Source: Eledone cirrhosa
Lineage: Eukaryota
Direction of reading: 5' to 3'
Length of the DNA: 64,000 bases
Assembly: GCA_964016885.1 (NCBI GenBank)
Contig: OZ024746.1
Coordinates: forward strand, 66,340,001 to 66,404,000
In this document: positions 43,271 through 56,647 of the stretch, piece after piece
How the letters are laid out: every line of letters starts with the position of its first letter
How positions within the stretch are numbered: position 1 is the stretch's first letter
Made by a program: the position numbers and the translations under genes
The notes under the pieces: generated by a model
Seen by the model: the letters and a program-made list of their open reading frames with translations, nothing else
Told to the model about the DNA's origin: nothing
The model's database searches: none

Positions 43271-44538
43271 GTTAAATAAAAGTCAAATGATTAAAATTTA
43301 GCTTCGTTTATTACTGCTATATATATTTCAGTGACAGCCATCTTTGGCTGTGACCTCTTCAGGCAGTTTGGATTAGTATGGAATAGACAAGTACATATGT
43401 TGTTTAGGTGTATAGTATTGTCAATACTCTGATATGCCCAGTTCCTTGTTGGGTTGTTAATTCACTGGGGAACTGGAGTCATATGAATTCAAACAAACGA
43501 ATTTCAGTGTCATAGGTCCCCTTCTCTTCTCATTGGTCAGTTATTAGAACATTCCTCATTCTAAGTGTTGTTATTGTTGGAGTTAGCTTAAAAATTGATA
43601 AAATGGTAGAAAGGACAAGGTGTTAAAGGAACAAAATAACAAAAAAGTGTCAAACTTCCCATTGGTCAGTTCTGAGAGCATTCCTCAGTCAGAAGTCTAT
43701 AGAATTATTTCTGGGGTGAGGCTCCCTGTAGTGTTTTTGCCTGCTATTGTTCAGTACATTTGACCTCCACCATTATTTTGGTACTGTGGTGGTGTAGTGG
43801 TCAGCTTATATCTTGCTGCTGCTAACAATTTAGAAGTATCCAGTTTGTGTTTTTTCTTCATCCCTCCTGCCACCATCGTAGCGGTGGTGGTGGGGTGGGG
43901 TGGGGTCATTCCATGTATATGAAGAAATATAAGGCAATAAATGAAGAAAACAGAAAATAAATAAATAATATAATAAAATAATTAATATAATTTGTGTAAT
44001 TTGAAAATAAATAAATAAATAGAGAATGAAGAATAATGAATAAATGAGAGATTGGTGAAAAAGTAATGAAAATGAATATGGAGAAGTGAGAAATAATGTA
44101 GGATAAAGTGTGTGTGTGTGTGTGCTATAACCAATCTCAAAGTCAGAATATGTTGGATAGATTGGTATGAGACAAGATGTTAAGATGAGATATTCAAACT
44201 AAATGTGTTTGTGTTATAATCCATCTCAACTTAAAATAAATATAAGGTGATACAGTGAAGAGGGCAGAAAACAAATAACAAATTAATAAAGAGAAATCAA
44301 GACTGGATCTTGAAAGTCAGAAATCTGGTAAATTAAAAGTGTTTGTGTTATAGATGTTGGCCAAATTATTATGGCTGTGTCCGATTCTATCTCTAGGCTA
44401 TCATGGTGTCTGCTCCGACTGGGTTGTTTCCTGTGGCTTGAGGGGAGTTCACAACCTAGGGTGTTGTTATTGCCTATATAGCTTGAGGGAGGTCTGGCCG
44501 AGAGGTGTTTTCATGTTCTGTAGAAGTCCCGATAGCTT
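43262..44538 (-). mobile_element. 3' UTR-only copy of the 14070-17045 PLE family with intact HHR (43313-43367)
   Basis: Homologous to about 14080-15680; actgc-CTGAAGA-ggtcacagccaaagatggctgtcact-GAAAtatataTA-gcagt-AATAAA. Confidence 0.85.
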
Positions 44539-44817
44539 GTTTTAAATCAACATATCATGATATGTTGATTTAAAACTTCACTATTCACAAGTGTTTTTTA
44601 ACCTTCATATCATGTATCCCTATTTTATCTGATGAAAACGCAGATATCATCTCATTATGATATTTGTTTTTGAAATGCGCATAATCAAATACTTGGAACT
44701 CTTTTAACCATCTTTTGATCTTATATATTATTTATACTCCAGTCCTACTAACTGTAGAGTGCTACTTATACGATATTTACATTGCTTTATTGTACTACAA
44801 TAAAACTCACCTCCTAC

Positions 44818-44820
<3 letters not shown>
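44539..44820 (+). mobile_element. HHR element with short 5' fold-back (44539-44576) and intact-core HHR (44623-44689)
   Basis: gttttaaatcaacatatca|tgatatgttgatttaaaac; ttttat-CTGATGA-aaacgcagatatcat..atgatatttgttttt-GAAAtgcgcATA. Confidence 0.8.
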
Positions 44821-44857
<37 letters not shown>

Positions 44858-44892
44858 TATTAGTACTCTGAAATAGCGATGTATACATGAAT

Positions 44893-44986
44893 GTATTTGG
44901 GAATATACTGTATGTTTAATTAAAACTCATAGCGAATTTTCTTCTAAACGTTTTTAATTAAACATACAGTATATTGCCAAATATAC
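44893..44986. repeat. Small inverted repeat between TA tracts
   Basis: gtatttgggaatatactgtatgtttaattaaaa / ttttaattaaacatacagtatattgccaaatatac. Confidence 0.7.
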
Positions 44987-44996
44987 TATACATACA

Positions 44997-45067
<71 letters not shown>

Positions 45068-45140
45068 ATACATGAGTATATGAGTACTTGCGTGTATATG
45101 TATTTGTGTGTGTACCGTGTGTGTACCGGTTTACATGCAT

Positions 45141-45174
<34 letters not shown>

Positions 45175-45246
45175 TAGTGGTATCTTATACACTCGTAATT
45201 TTAGACACGAGATTTACAGGGTTTATTTATACATATGAATTACTAT

Positions 45247-45439
45247 ATAATTGTTTCTACATTTGGCACAAGGCCAGCAATTTCCCAGTGCATTACTGGT
45301 ACTTTATTTTATCGACCCCGAAAGGATGAAAGGCAAAGTTAACCTCGGCGGGATTTGAACTCAGAATGGCAAGGACCGTAACTCTATGCGTCAAAGCATG
45401 GCGTCCGACCCTCTACCGATACTGCCAATCCACCGCCCT
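45247..45439 (-). mobile_element. SINE family 1 (full length)
   Basis: Reverse complement of the family-1 sequence. Confidence 0.85.
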
Positions 45440-45524
45440 GGAATTACTATATAATGCTCGGTATTTATACTTTGAGCTTGTTTTAATTGCAAGGTACCTA
45501 TATGAGTTAATAACTCTATATTTG

Positions 45525-45553
<29 letters not shown>

Positions 45554-45555
<2 letters not shown>

Positions 45556-46340
45556 TAAGATAGTAAAACAAAGAATCCTTTAATACATCAAAAGTTTTTA
45601 TTAGCCGACAATGTTTCGTCCTATTAAGGACTCATCAGGGCAATCAAAACAACAAGAAGTAATATCGGCAGATACAAGCCGGAAGCTCCGAAGAATATGG
45701 AGTGTACATACACTAAAGTCTTGCAAAAATATATGATAATAAAAATAAAAATAAAAATAATAAAAATATATAATGAGAATAACTAAGGATGTATATAACA
45801 TTAAGAACCATATTACAAATATAGTCCAAAGCAACTAACCTAAATCTAAACAAATTTGGTTATATAGAGCAGGAATTATATATAACACAATGCAATATAA
45901 CATGTTATATTACATTGTGTTATATATAATTCCTGCTATATATAACCAAATTTGTTTAGATTTAGCTTAGTTGCTTTGGACTATATTTGTAATATGGTTC
46001 TTAATGTTATATACATCCTTAGTTATTCTCATTATATATTTTTATTATTTTTATTTTTATTTTTATTATCATATATTTTTGCAAGACTTTAGTGTATGTA
46101 CACTCCATATTCTTCGGAGCTTCCGGCTTGTATCTGCCGATATTACTTCTTGTTGTTTTGATTGCCCTGATGAGTCCTTAATAGGACGAAACATTGTCGG
46201 CTAATAAAAACTTTTGATGTATTAAAGGATTCTTTGTTTTACTCTCTTAATTTTTTGGCTCTGTTTAACTGCATTGAGCTATACCTTTTACTGTCATTTC
46301 TATATTGCATTTGCATTCTTTATTCTATGTCCATACGTGC
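45554..46340 (+). mobile_element. Spacerless palindrome of about 700 bp (centre 45902/45903) with canonical HHRs at 45604-45641 (-) and 46164-46201 (+)
   Basis: gcc-CTGATGA-gtccttaataggac-GAAAcattGTC-ggc-t-AATAAA. The ORF track shows an identical 77-aa translation on both strands. Confidence 0.9.
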
Positions 46341-46355
46341 ATTGTTTTGGTTTTT

Positions 46356-46536
46356 TGGCAGTATCGGTAGAGGGTCGGACGACATGCTTTGCAGCAAAGA
46401 GTAACGGTCCTTTACGATCTGACTTCAAATCCCGCCGAGGTTAACTTTGCCTTTCATCCTTACGGGGTCGATAAAATAAAGTACCAGTAATGCACTGAGT
46501 AATTGCTGGCCTTGTGCCAAAAGTTGAAACAATTAT
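46356..46536 (+). mobile_element. SINE family 1
   Basis: Matches the family-1 sequence. Confidence 0.85.
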
Positions 46537-46591
46537 ACATATACAAACGTTTATACCTCATTACACAATGCTTCAAATGAACTATATCTTC

Positions 46592-46647
<56 letters not shown>

Positions 46648-46651
<4 letters not shown>

Positions 46652-46847
46652 ATTTTATAGAAGGAGCTTCTACAGGACTAGTACTGTTTCATTCAGATGA
46701 AATCTTCAGGAGCTTCCTGAAGATTTCATCTGAATGAAACAGTACTAGTCCTGTAGAAGCTCCTTCTATGAAATAAAAAAAATTTACTCTGCCATGTATT
46801 GAATACCTTACTCACTGTGGTTATCCCCGACTCAACCCGGGACCTAC

Positions 46848-46848
<1 letters not shown>
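46648..46848 (+). mobile_element. HHR fold-back element (arms about 46648-46710 / 46716-46778)
   Basis: Near-identical to the reverse complement of 3519-3714; flanked by (TA)n. Confidence 0.85.
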
Positions 46849-46930
<82 letters not shown>

Positions 46931-47361
46931 TAGAAAGATAGAAAGATAGATAGATAGATACATAGATAGACAGATAGATAGATAGATGGATAGATCGTCA
47001 TAATTCCCTATTATTAAAAGCATACACAAGAATGTATATGCGTAGATATCCATGTCGACGTTTGGAATGATGGCTCTATACATCAAAACTTTCCTTCTAC
47101 CACAGATCTGTTGATAGGCCATGTTGTAGTTACGAATGTTAATCACACATAATCTGTAGCAATGCTTATACAACACGTACTACTAATCGGACTATTGCAA
47201 ACGTCTGTGCATGATTGTGTGTCTGTGTGTGCGCACCGTTGCACGATTCAAGTGTGTAAAGGTGGTTGTTAGAAGAGCAATTCAAGGGAAATAACTCCTT
47301 AACATCTGAGAAATAACCTGCAATATTTGCAATAGGATTCAGGTTAACACAAACAGATGCA

Positions 47362-47546
47362 TTGTGGATTGGCAGTATCGGTAGAGAGACGTCATAGAGT
47401 TACGTCATAGAGTTACGTCCCTTTATGATCTGAGTTCAAATCCCGCCGAGGTTAACTTTGCCTTTCATCCTTACGGGATCGATAAAATAAAGTACCAGTA
47501 ATGTACTGGATTATTGCTGGCCTTGTGCCAAAAATAGAAACAATTA
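47362..47546 (+). mobile_element. SINE family 1
   Basis: Matches the family-1 sequence, with an internal 13-bp duplication acgtcatagagtt. Confidence 0.8.
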
Positions 47547-47626
47547 TGTTTACATATTAATATATATATATATTTACCTTTACGTGAATATATATATATA
47601 TATATATACCAGTGAATGTTACGTGA

Positions 47627-47666
<40 letters not shown>

Positions 47667-47955
47667 ATGTGTTTGTATGTATATATATGTGTGTGTGTGT
47701 GTGTTTGTGTGTGTAAAAGATAAATAGCAATAACAAAGGAAACGTCACAGTACATTGAAGAAATATATTAGTGTTCCGAGGTAGCGTTGTGCATAATGGA
47801 AGTGTATATGAAAAGATACACTCTATGTTTATAAACAATATACGCATGGGATTATGATAGCGAGGCTTTCATATGGCTATTACATATAGCATATCCGTTT
47901 ATATACATGTCGAATATGTGCACACACACTCACACTCGCTTCATGTATATATTCA

Positions 47956-48030
<75 letters not shown>

Positions 48031-48139
48031 GTGTGTGTGTGTGCGTGCGTGTGTGTGTGTGCGTGCGTGTGTGTGTGCGCGCGTGTGTGTGTATATGTAT
48101 GTATCTATGTATATATATTTGTGTATGTGCGTGTATGTT

Positions 48140-48250
48140 CGAATCTAGCTGTCGAAACGGCCGGAGCTCAGCCGTCGGGGTCCTGAATCTTTTCATGTTA
48201 CCCACTCTACTACCCCAAGTATCGAGCACTCTGGTTAGTTATGAATCTAT
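48140..48250 (+). mobile_element. Short repeat, same family as the 2430 and 11501 copies
   Basis: gaaacggccggagctcagccgtcggggtcct..ttacccactctactacc. Confidence 0.7.
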
Positions 48251-50967
48251 GTGTGTATGTATATATTTAAAGAGAGGAAACCTGACACATAGACCAATAT
48301 GCAGAGAGGGAGAGAGAGAGAGAAAGAGAGAGAGAGATTAGTGTGTTGTTTAAATCATCTAAAGCCTGAAAAACTACGCGAAACCGTCTAAGGGAGGTAA
48401 TTCAAGTTTAACTTACCACTACTATTTATTGATTTTTTTTTAAATATAAAAGTGGACTATCCAAAGGTAGGATATATCTAGTAATATTGTATACTAGGAA
48501 CGAACGTATAATTGGCAGCAGCATAGAAACTAAGACATTTTGTATCAGTATCATGTGGTGTGCGTTCTGATTCTGATATTTTAATTTTCTGAGCTCGATT
48601 TTGACTTTTATCCTAGTGTCAGTAAATATTATTGTACGATATAAGGTTTAGCCATAATTCAGCCACAATTGAAAATGGATATAAAGGGATCTATTCCAGA
48701 AGCGACTATCATCTGGATGTGTATAACAGGCCTTCCATAACCCAACGTTTACTATATGCTAAGATTTGATTTGAAGGAATTCAACTGCTGTATCTAGCAG
48801 CTTGTTTCTCCATGTACTTCTTGTTTCTCCATGCTTTTTAGTTCGTATCAATTCAAGTGAGACACACTGTTACTATTTAATCGAAATTTAGCTATTGTAT
48901 TTTCTATAAAATCATTGTTGCTAGGTTGTTTCCATCCACACCACTCTCTTTAATAATTTTCGATTTCTCAAAAATATGAAATCGCGTTAAGCAAGAGTAT
49001 CGACGAAAATAAGTTATAAAAAAATGTTTTCACTGAAAAAAAGGAAAAGAAATTAAATCAGTAAACACGTGTTTGATATTGTTTACATAGAATTTCAATT
49101 TGAATCCCAAATTCAATTTCATATATTCACCAACCTCACATTCCATTTAATGCTAAAGTAGAATATTAATGACAGACATTTTTTACGCGACTATTATGAT
49201 AATCATTTTTTGCAATAAAATAAGTTACAGACTTTTTTTAAAATTGAATAATTTCCTATTTCAAATTTTAATCAAATCAATTCTTCATGGCACCATTTAC
49301 ATCTTCCTTATTACAATCAAACAAATATATTGAATTTCAAATGAATACTGTATCCACACAAGTTGCAATAACGGTCCCTTATCTGCTCTTAAAAACTTTA
49401 AGGGACGTCAATCTATGCCTGCAGGTTCAGACAGAGACGGGTTAAAATATTGTACAGACTATCGTGAACCGATTGAAGAAATATACAGACTAATGTGAAC
49501 TGATTGAAGACAATACCATAGATATTTCTTATATATATGTATATTTTGAACAATGTCAATGCAGTGAGTTATGTGGAATATGTGGTTGCTATTTCTAGTA
49601 GGCCAAGCGACCGTGTTTAAGATCAGTCTAAAAACCAATGGTTGCTTTTCTACTGTAGTACTCGACTAGCTGAGATGTGATATTCACATTCGTCTTTTAA
49701 AGGTAGATTCTCGATTATCATGTTTATAACTGTACAATGTTCCACCCTAAGCATATTGTGAATTCTCTATTCTTGAACATCATTGATCATATTCCCGCGT
49801 TGATCATATTCCCGCGTCCTGTGGTAGAGTTCCCATTGTATCATATAATTATAAAAATTGATTAACATAGATGTTCTTTCTAATTAGAAAATAATATAGA
49901 CTCCCTTTAGTGTAATAGATCTAACAAGATGAGTCAACAGATTAATTCATATTTATTGCATCAGGGGTTTTCATTTCATCATTAATATTCGTTTAAATTC
50001 ATGTATATTCAATCGATCAATAACTACGTCTGTTCTGATATTCATCGAAGAAAAAAATTCGATTTTCTTTTATTTTATCTAGTTAATCACCAAAAACTAT
50101 AAACAAAGACACAATCAAATAAACATTCTACAACACCAGATTATTAATTATGTATATCTATAAATATTTATACAATGAACCTACCAATGTAATCCTACAT
50201 ATACTATGTTTACAAACATGTGTGGAACATTTTCAGCACAGAACTAAACTATTTCACTGAACTATGATTATACACTAACAACAAACAATGATTTCCTATT
50301 GATAATCACAAACAATTATACAAACCATTCTCAGGTTCTCCTGAAGGTCTTTACTTGGAAACTCTTAATAAATATATGTGACCCATGGAAAGAAACAGTT
50401 CCTGACTGGATATTGAGACGCAATAGATGTTCCGGTAACTTAAACCTTACTTCAAAAGTGAGTGAGGGCACATGTATTTGAAACACGAGACGAACTAAAT
50501 GAATTCAGTTCATATATATAAGAGTATTTCCCATGACGTATGTCTGTCCGCGCTCCCGAATCAAGGGCCAGTTTAAAAGTGCCTCTTCCAATGTACAGTG
50601 CTGGACATATCTGGACCCCGAAACCAACGTTTGCACATAATTGTTAAGTGCGTGAAACTTCGTTTATACTAAATATATATACTTACATATTATGTGTGTA
50701 TTTGTATTCTGCCATAGTTGAGCGAATTCTTGAAGTAGAATAACACTCAACAAAATCTATATCTCCTTATGATTAATAACCCTTACTATACATTCTGTTC
50801 ATTGAGCAGTGAGTGTTTGTCAGTCAGGAACCAGAGTAATGCCGTGTTTAAGATGTTGAAACATTTCATACAAATGTCAATGCACCAAATGTTATAAGCA
50901 AGATGGTTGAACGTTACGATGCTGACATTAACGTCAACAACGAACATAAATTATATCTCTATAAACA

Positions 50968-51008
<41 letters not shown>

Positions 51009-51011
51009 AGG

Positions 51012-51047
<36 letters not shown>

Positions 51048-51895
51048 CTTTATAAGATGTACAGTGAATATCACACACACAGAGACACGCACATATAAAC
51101 ATACATGCATAAATACCTCTTTGCTAAAAATGGCAGCCAAATGTCCATCAACGTATACATGCTCATGTGTTTTGTGAAAAGTTTTTCTGTGTCGGGAAGA
51201 AATAAATATTGCAATGGCAGGGTGTCTATTTCTAATTCATCTTTAAGTCAACCAAAACATTTTCAGTGTTCATTGAATACTATATGAAAACCCATCAGAG
51301 TACATGCCCTTGTGTTGTAGACTATAGGTAACTTTAAAGGCGTGCCCACTATCATTCCAATCTACCTCAACCGACTGAGAATATTGAGAATATTGTACTC
51401 TCTTCCATCCATCAATCAATGTCATCCCTGAAAACGATCAAACGCTTTGTTATATATCAATACAAATGTGTAACTTAATAGACAACGTAATCAGGATACA
51501 TCTAACTAAAGATTGCAAAGTTCTTCAATGGATTGACTTTGATAATATGTCTATTTGATCAAACTTTCCTGGGGCTGAAATAATCATCATTTTATATTAA
51601 ATATTGAATAATTCTCTTCTGACAAATTTTACACTGAATAAAATTAGCAACATATTTTTTTATTCATCTGTATTTGTTTCCTGTTAACGTAAATTGGCAG
51701 TTAGTGGAAGTAAATTCAGTCCAGTATACAGATAAATATAAGATGGAGAAAGAGCAAATCGTTAGTATATATATTATGCCTTGCAGTTGTTGCTCATATT
51801 CCGTCTTGGTCAACTTCAAGTCTGTTCATTTAGAGTCGATGAATAACGTGTTGGAGGCGAATCTATTTCTCAATCTCTTTCTCTCTAACTCTCTC

Positions 51896-51941
<46 letters not shown>

Positions 51942-53195
51942 GCTCTGTGTGTTCAGACTTAGAAGAGTACGGTCTCTTCCAGGTTAAAATGCCCAAGAGG
52001 GATTTTCTCCTTACGGCGTCCCAACAATTCCGCCAGAATTTCAGGGCTCAAGAAAGAAAGACATAACTGTTAGCTGCCATGTTGAAAATGAACATCAAAG
52101 CTCCATTATTCCGCAGTTGCAGCTTATTAAATAAACAATGTTTCTATAGGTTAGTTTCATTGAACAACAATAGTTGCTAAAGCAGCTATCAGTAAGACCG
52201 AGTAAACCAAACCAACAAAGTTGAGCATCTATGCAGTCGACTACATAGATACCCAACTTTGTAATACTAGTGAATATACATTGCTATCTACACTGCTATC
52301 ATTGGGTAATGTAATCTTGGATACATCATGGGTGTGAGTGAGGACCGGATGGAAAACTTAATGTAGTGAACAAAAATAATTTATTTAATTAAAATGTCAT
52401 CCAACGTAAAGTGAAACATCTTAATTATTACATTATTAATTGTTTCTATGTAAGCAAGGTAAAATATATTGTTCTGGATGTAAATATATATGAATTTTGC
52501 AAAAGGTAGCGTGCGCATGTTCTCCCATTGAAAATAAGATTAGTTATTTATGACTGGAACACATTGATCATAGATGAACCTTAGTTGTTGTTACTGTGGT
52601 TGTTGCTGTTATTTTGTTTCAGATAATTAGACCCAGTCCACAAGATAAAACTGGCACATGGCCATAGGTGCCAAACTAGTGTTCAGTGTGTTCTTTATTT
52701 AATATAGTAGTGTATGATTTTAAAGATGTTTGACTTTTTAATAAGCGGATATGGGCAACTGCGCAATTTTTATTACATAGTTAGTGTAGGTTTAAATAAA
52801 TGTTCAAGAGCCAATTCTGTAATTAAAGATAACATGGCGCAGTGAAGAGACAGGATTTTCGCTAGTAATAAACTCAACACTTAATGATTCAAACTTAATA
52901 GACGTCACTGTCCAAGAGTAATTTTCTTAATAAGATGTGATCTGCAGCTAAACTATAACAGAATCGGCCAGCAACTTTCGCTATACATGCCTTGTTGAAT
53001 AAGAGAAGCAAGCAACAATTGTCACTATACATGAGTTGTTTAACATCATTGTCACGACCTTACTCATGAAATTAGCAGAAACACTAAAAGAAAGAAACAA
53101 TGTGACGTGTTAAAACATATAATTGACTTTAAGGTAGTGTCCAGGTAATGTGTTTTATATTGAAACTTAAAGCCATTATTAAAACTAAACTAAAG

Positions 53196-53381
53196 AGGGC
53201 GGTGGATTGGCAGTATCGGTAGAGGGTCGGACGCCATGCTTTCCAGCATAGTTACGTCCCTTTATGATCTGAGTTCAAATCCCGCCGAGGTTGACTTTGC
53301 CGTTCATCCTTACGGGGTCGATAAAATAAAGTAATACATTGGGTAATTGCTGGCCTTGTGCCTATAGTAGAAACAATTATT
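53196..53381 (+). mobile_element. SINE family 1
   Basis: Matches the family-1 sequence. Confidence 0.85.
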
Positions 53382-53479
53382 AAAACTAAACTTGGTGGAT
53401 AAATTGTTAAGCGTGGCTGATAAAGCTGCGAAAATTCCTTGTTGAAATTCCAACTCTTATACTATTTCTTGTTGGGCTT

Positions 53480-53790
53480 GGACCTCCGTTGTTTGCGATG
53501 ACGAGTTCTCGTACTGATTCAATCAGGAGAACTACATGCTCATGAAATTAACGTGTAGGATGTTGATCATTTCACAGATACGGTATTTAACGTATATCTC
53601 AGAAAGACTCGGAATGTCATAGTGTATGACAAGACTCGCACCTTGAATTACAGACACAACTCATTTTTACCATGGGCTGCAGCAACGTGAAAAAACTAAA
53701 CTATATTGCTATAGGACGCAACTAACCACCCGGTCTAGGTATCGAACTCTCGACTTGAAGACCGTGTGCTGAACGACCTGACCACTAAAG
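53480..53790 (-). mobile_element. Decayed tRNA-derived SINE
   Basis: Minus-strand head tagtggtcagg..gagttcgatacc; body shared with 3930-4095. Confidence 0.5.
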
Positions 53791-54658
53791 TACGTATAAT
53801 ACAATTCAAAACTAAAAAATTCAATATCCAGAGCTGATATCAAATGACAAAAATTATCATAAAATAACTATTCTATAGAAATTTCAATTGCTATGTGTAA
53901 AGATTTATCATGATTATTAATAATAATAAAAAAATAATAAAAGCACATGTCGGAAGAAATTATAAATCAATGATATAACATAAGGCAAATATAGTTATGT
54001 ACATGAGCATATATTTATAAATCTTCAGACGAGGTTCTTTGACATCTACGAAAAAATATTCAAAAAAAAAATCAATGAATCAAAACTATGCAAGCAAATG
54101 AGAAACCAAACGTGCTATCCTTTAAATTACAGAATATTTGACTACTTTACTAGTTACTCTATACGCATACATATGTGCATGTGTGTGTGTTTTAGTATTT
54201 GAAGCGGGAGTTGTTTATGTTGATTTTAAAACCCTAGAAATTTGTTTAGGAATGAATCAAGGTTTTTAACGTTGTAAATGTGAATGTGTTTTTTGTGCGT
54301 GATTTTGTTTGATTGTGCGTGTACGTGTGTGTGTGTGGGGGGGGGGGGGGGGCTGCGTGTGTGTGCTTTTGAATGAGATAACACATCCTATTGCAAATTA
54401 TTTAGCTGTTCTTTTTCCAGAATAGACTCAGGATTAAGCAGAAATAACAGAAAATCCCGCTATGGACCAACACAATACACCTTCCAAAGATTAGAAAGTA
54501 ATAATAAAATAACTACTATTCTAATAATGCCACTCTACTCATTATAGAATTAATAAATACGAATAAAAACATTAGTATCAAAAAGCTTAATACTATAATA
54601 TATAAAGCAGTCGCTGTTGTTACAAAGAAAGTCGGTCTTCCTTAGATCTACACAAAAG

Positions 54659-55881
54659 CAGGGGTGGTGGAAGCATTTCTGAATTGGGGAGTGAGGCAAA
54701 TCTGGACGATTCAGTTGTAGTAATAAGTTTAGCTATTTGCATTCTAAAATGGTCAGAAAACTTTGATATGCGATAAACAAAACATTTACATAAATTATAG
54801 CGTGTATCCAAATAGATGTATGTTTTGGTAGATTGGAGAGAAAACATAATTATTGGAGGGGTCATGCTCTTTCACCTCTACTGTATATATATATAATTTA
54901 AAAAAATGCTCTGAGCTCTTTCCAAAGGGGGTTAATGTATGAGCCTCGCATTTGGTAAGAAACTGGTATTTATTCCCTCTCACTCTATCCATCACTACTG
55001 AATTCTCCCCCTCTCTATATCTATCAATACCTATCTCTATCAATTCTCACACTCTATTCATTACCACCAAAGTCTACCCCTCTCTGCATCAACCATACAA
55101 CATACTCTGTCTATCCCGCTCTCTATATCAATTAACACCAAATTGTCGCCCTCTCTATATCTACTACAAGGAACTCTCTTCCACCACCCCACCACTATAT
55201 CAATTAAAACCAAACCATGACCCTCAATATATCTCCAATATAGCACTCTCTAATTCTCTCTCACTCTATCTATCACTACCAAACTATCCCTCTAACTATA
55301 TCTCCAATTCAACACTCTCTCATTTCCTCTTATAACTCCGGTCTGTATATCAATTAACATAAAACTCTCCCCTCCCTATATTTACTGCACGAAACTCTCT
55401 TACGTTCCCCCTCTCTATATCAATTAACACCAATCTCTCCGCCGCTCTATATCTAGTACACGGAACTGTCTCCCAAATCCCCTCTCTATATCAATTACCA
55501 CCAAGCTACCACCCTCTCTATGTCTACCATACAACTTACTCTCATGCCCTCTCACTCCAGCCATCACTACCAAACTCTTCCCCTCTCTATATCTATCAAT
55601 ACCTATCTCTATCAATACTCTCAGTCTATTCATTAGCACCAAAGCTTCCCCTTCTCCATATCCACCGGACAACATATGCTCCAAATCCCCTTCTCTATAT
55701 CAATTTAAACCAAACTCTCCCCCTCTGTATATCTATATCTATTTCGCCGAGCTATCTGTACATAACATGTACATAAATTGTTGCGCATCTACAAATAAAT
55801 GAGTGTTTTGGTAGTTTGGGGAGAAAAATATAACTATTGGTGGGTGCACCCTCCTGGCACTCCCCAGTTCCACCGCCCCTG
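54659..55881. mobile_element. Probable non-autonomous DNA transposon with an internal CT-rich minisatellite
   Basis: TIR caggggtggtggaa / ttccaccgcccctg. Units of about 35-40 bp (ctctctatatcaatta.caccaaa) at 54975-55740. Direct repeat of about 90 bp at 54782 and 55765. Confidence 0.55.
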
Positions 55882-56370
55882 AAGAGTTTCTCAATGTGTG
55901 TGCTACGCCCGCCCCCGCCCCCCCCCCCCCGGCCCCCGGGAGGGGGGGGGGGTCTAGGTCGGCGCTGGGGGCCTACGAGGGCGGTGAAAGAGATGATATA
56001 ATATTATATTAAATATCTAATGATACATATTATATATAACTATATTAAAATTAAAAAAAATATAATTGTTTCTACTTTTTTGGCACAAGGCCAGCAATTA
56101 CCCCAGTGCATTACTGGTACTTTATTTTATCGACCCCGTAAGGATGAAAGGCAAATTAACCTCGGCGGAATTTGAACTCAGATCATAAAGGGACGTACTG
56201 TTTATATATACATAGTATATATTATATTTATTATATATAAATTAACGATATTTTTTTATTATATATTATTTACAATTTGCATATAGGCAGATTTCTCTGG
56301 AAATAGGGGGGGGGGGGGGGCTGAGTGTATTCCATGGGGTTTGGTGGCACCAAAAGTTTCATAACCTCTG
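55882..56370. mobile_element. Possible hAT-type MITE interrupted by a SINE family 1 fragment (56062-56197, minus)
   Basis: Degenerate ends aagagtttctcaa / gtttcataacctctg; G/C-run-rich subtermini. Confidence 0.35.
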
Positions 56371-56647
56371 ATCTATACAATCACGAAAACATAATGTTAT
56401 ACACAAGCCACGTTTTTCTGGGAGAATTAGAAATTTAAGGTGGTATTTTCAAGGGGGGTCATTCTCAACCTTAGTATTTCTTATTGCACTGACACCTATA
56501 ACCTCACACTCCGAAAAAATAATAATGGGATACCAATTTCGAAAGTAAGCGTCATTAATAAGCCATCCCCTTTCTATGGAGGGCATAAAACTGCTTGGAA
56601 TGTCTGAAAACCAAATAGATTCATTGGTTAAAACAGTACAGATAATA

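Noticed and set aside
45601-46204. Identical 77-aa ORFs on opposite strands
   Set aside because: A consequence of the palindrome; low-complexity UTR sequence with no protein motif.
45554-46251. A-to-I editing signature in arm mismatches
   Set aside because: The few mismatches seen are mixed types with no A>G bias.
51674-52066. 130-aa ORF or exon after the (CT)n tract
   Set aside because: It spans a microsatellite, has no recognisable domain and its splice signals are ambiguous.
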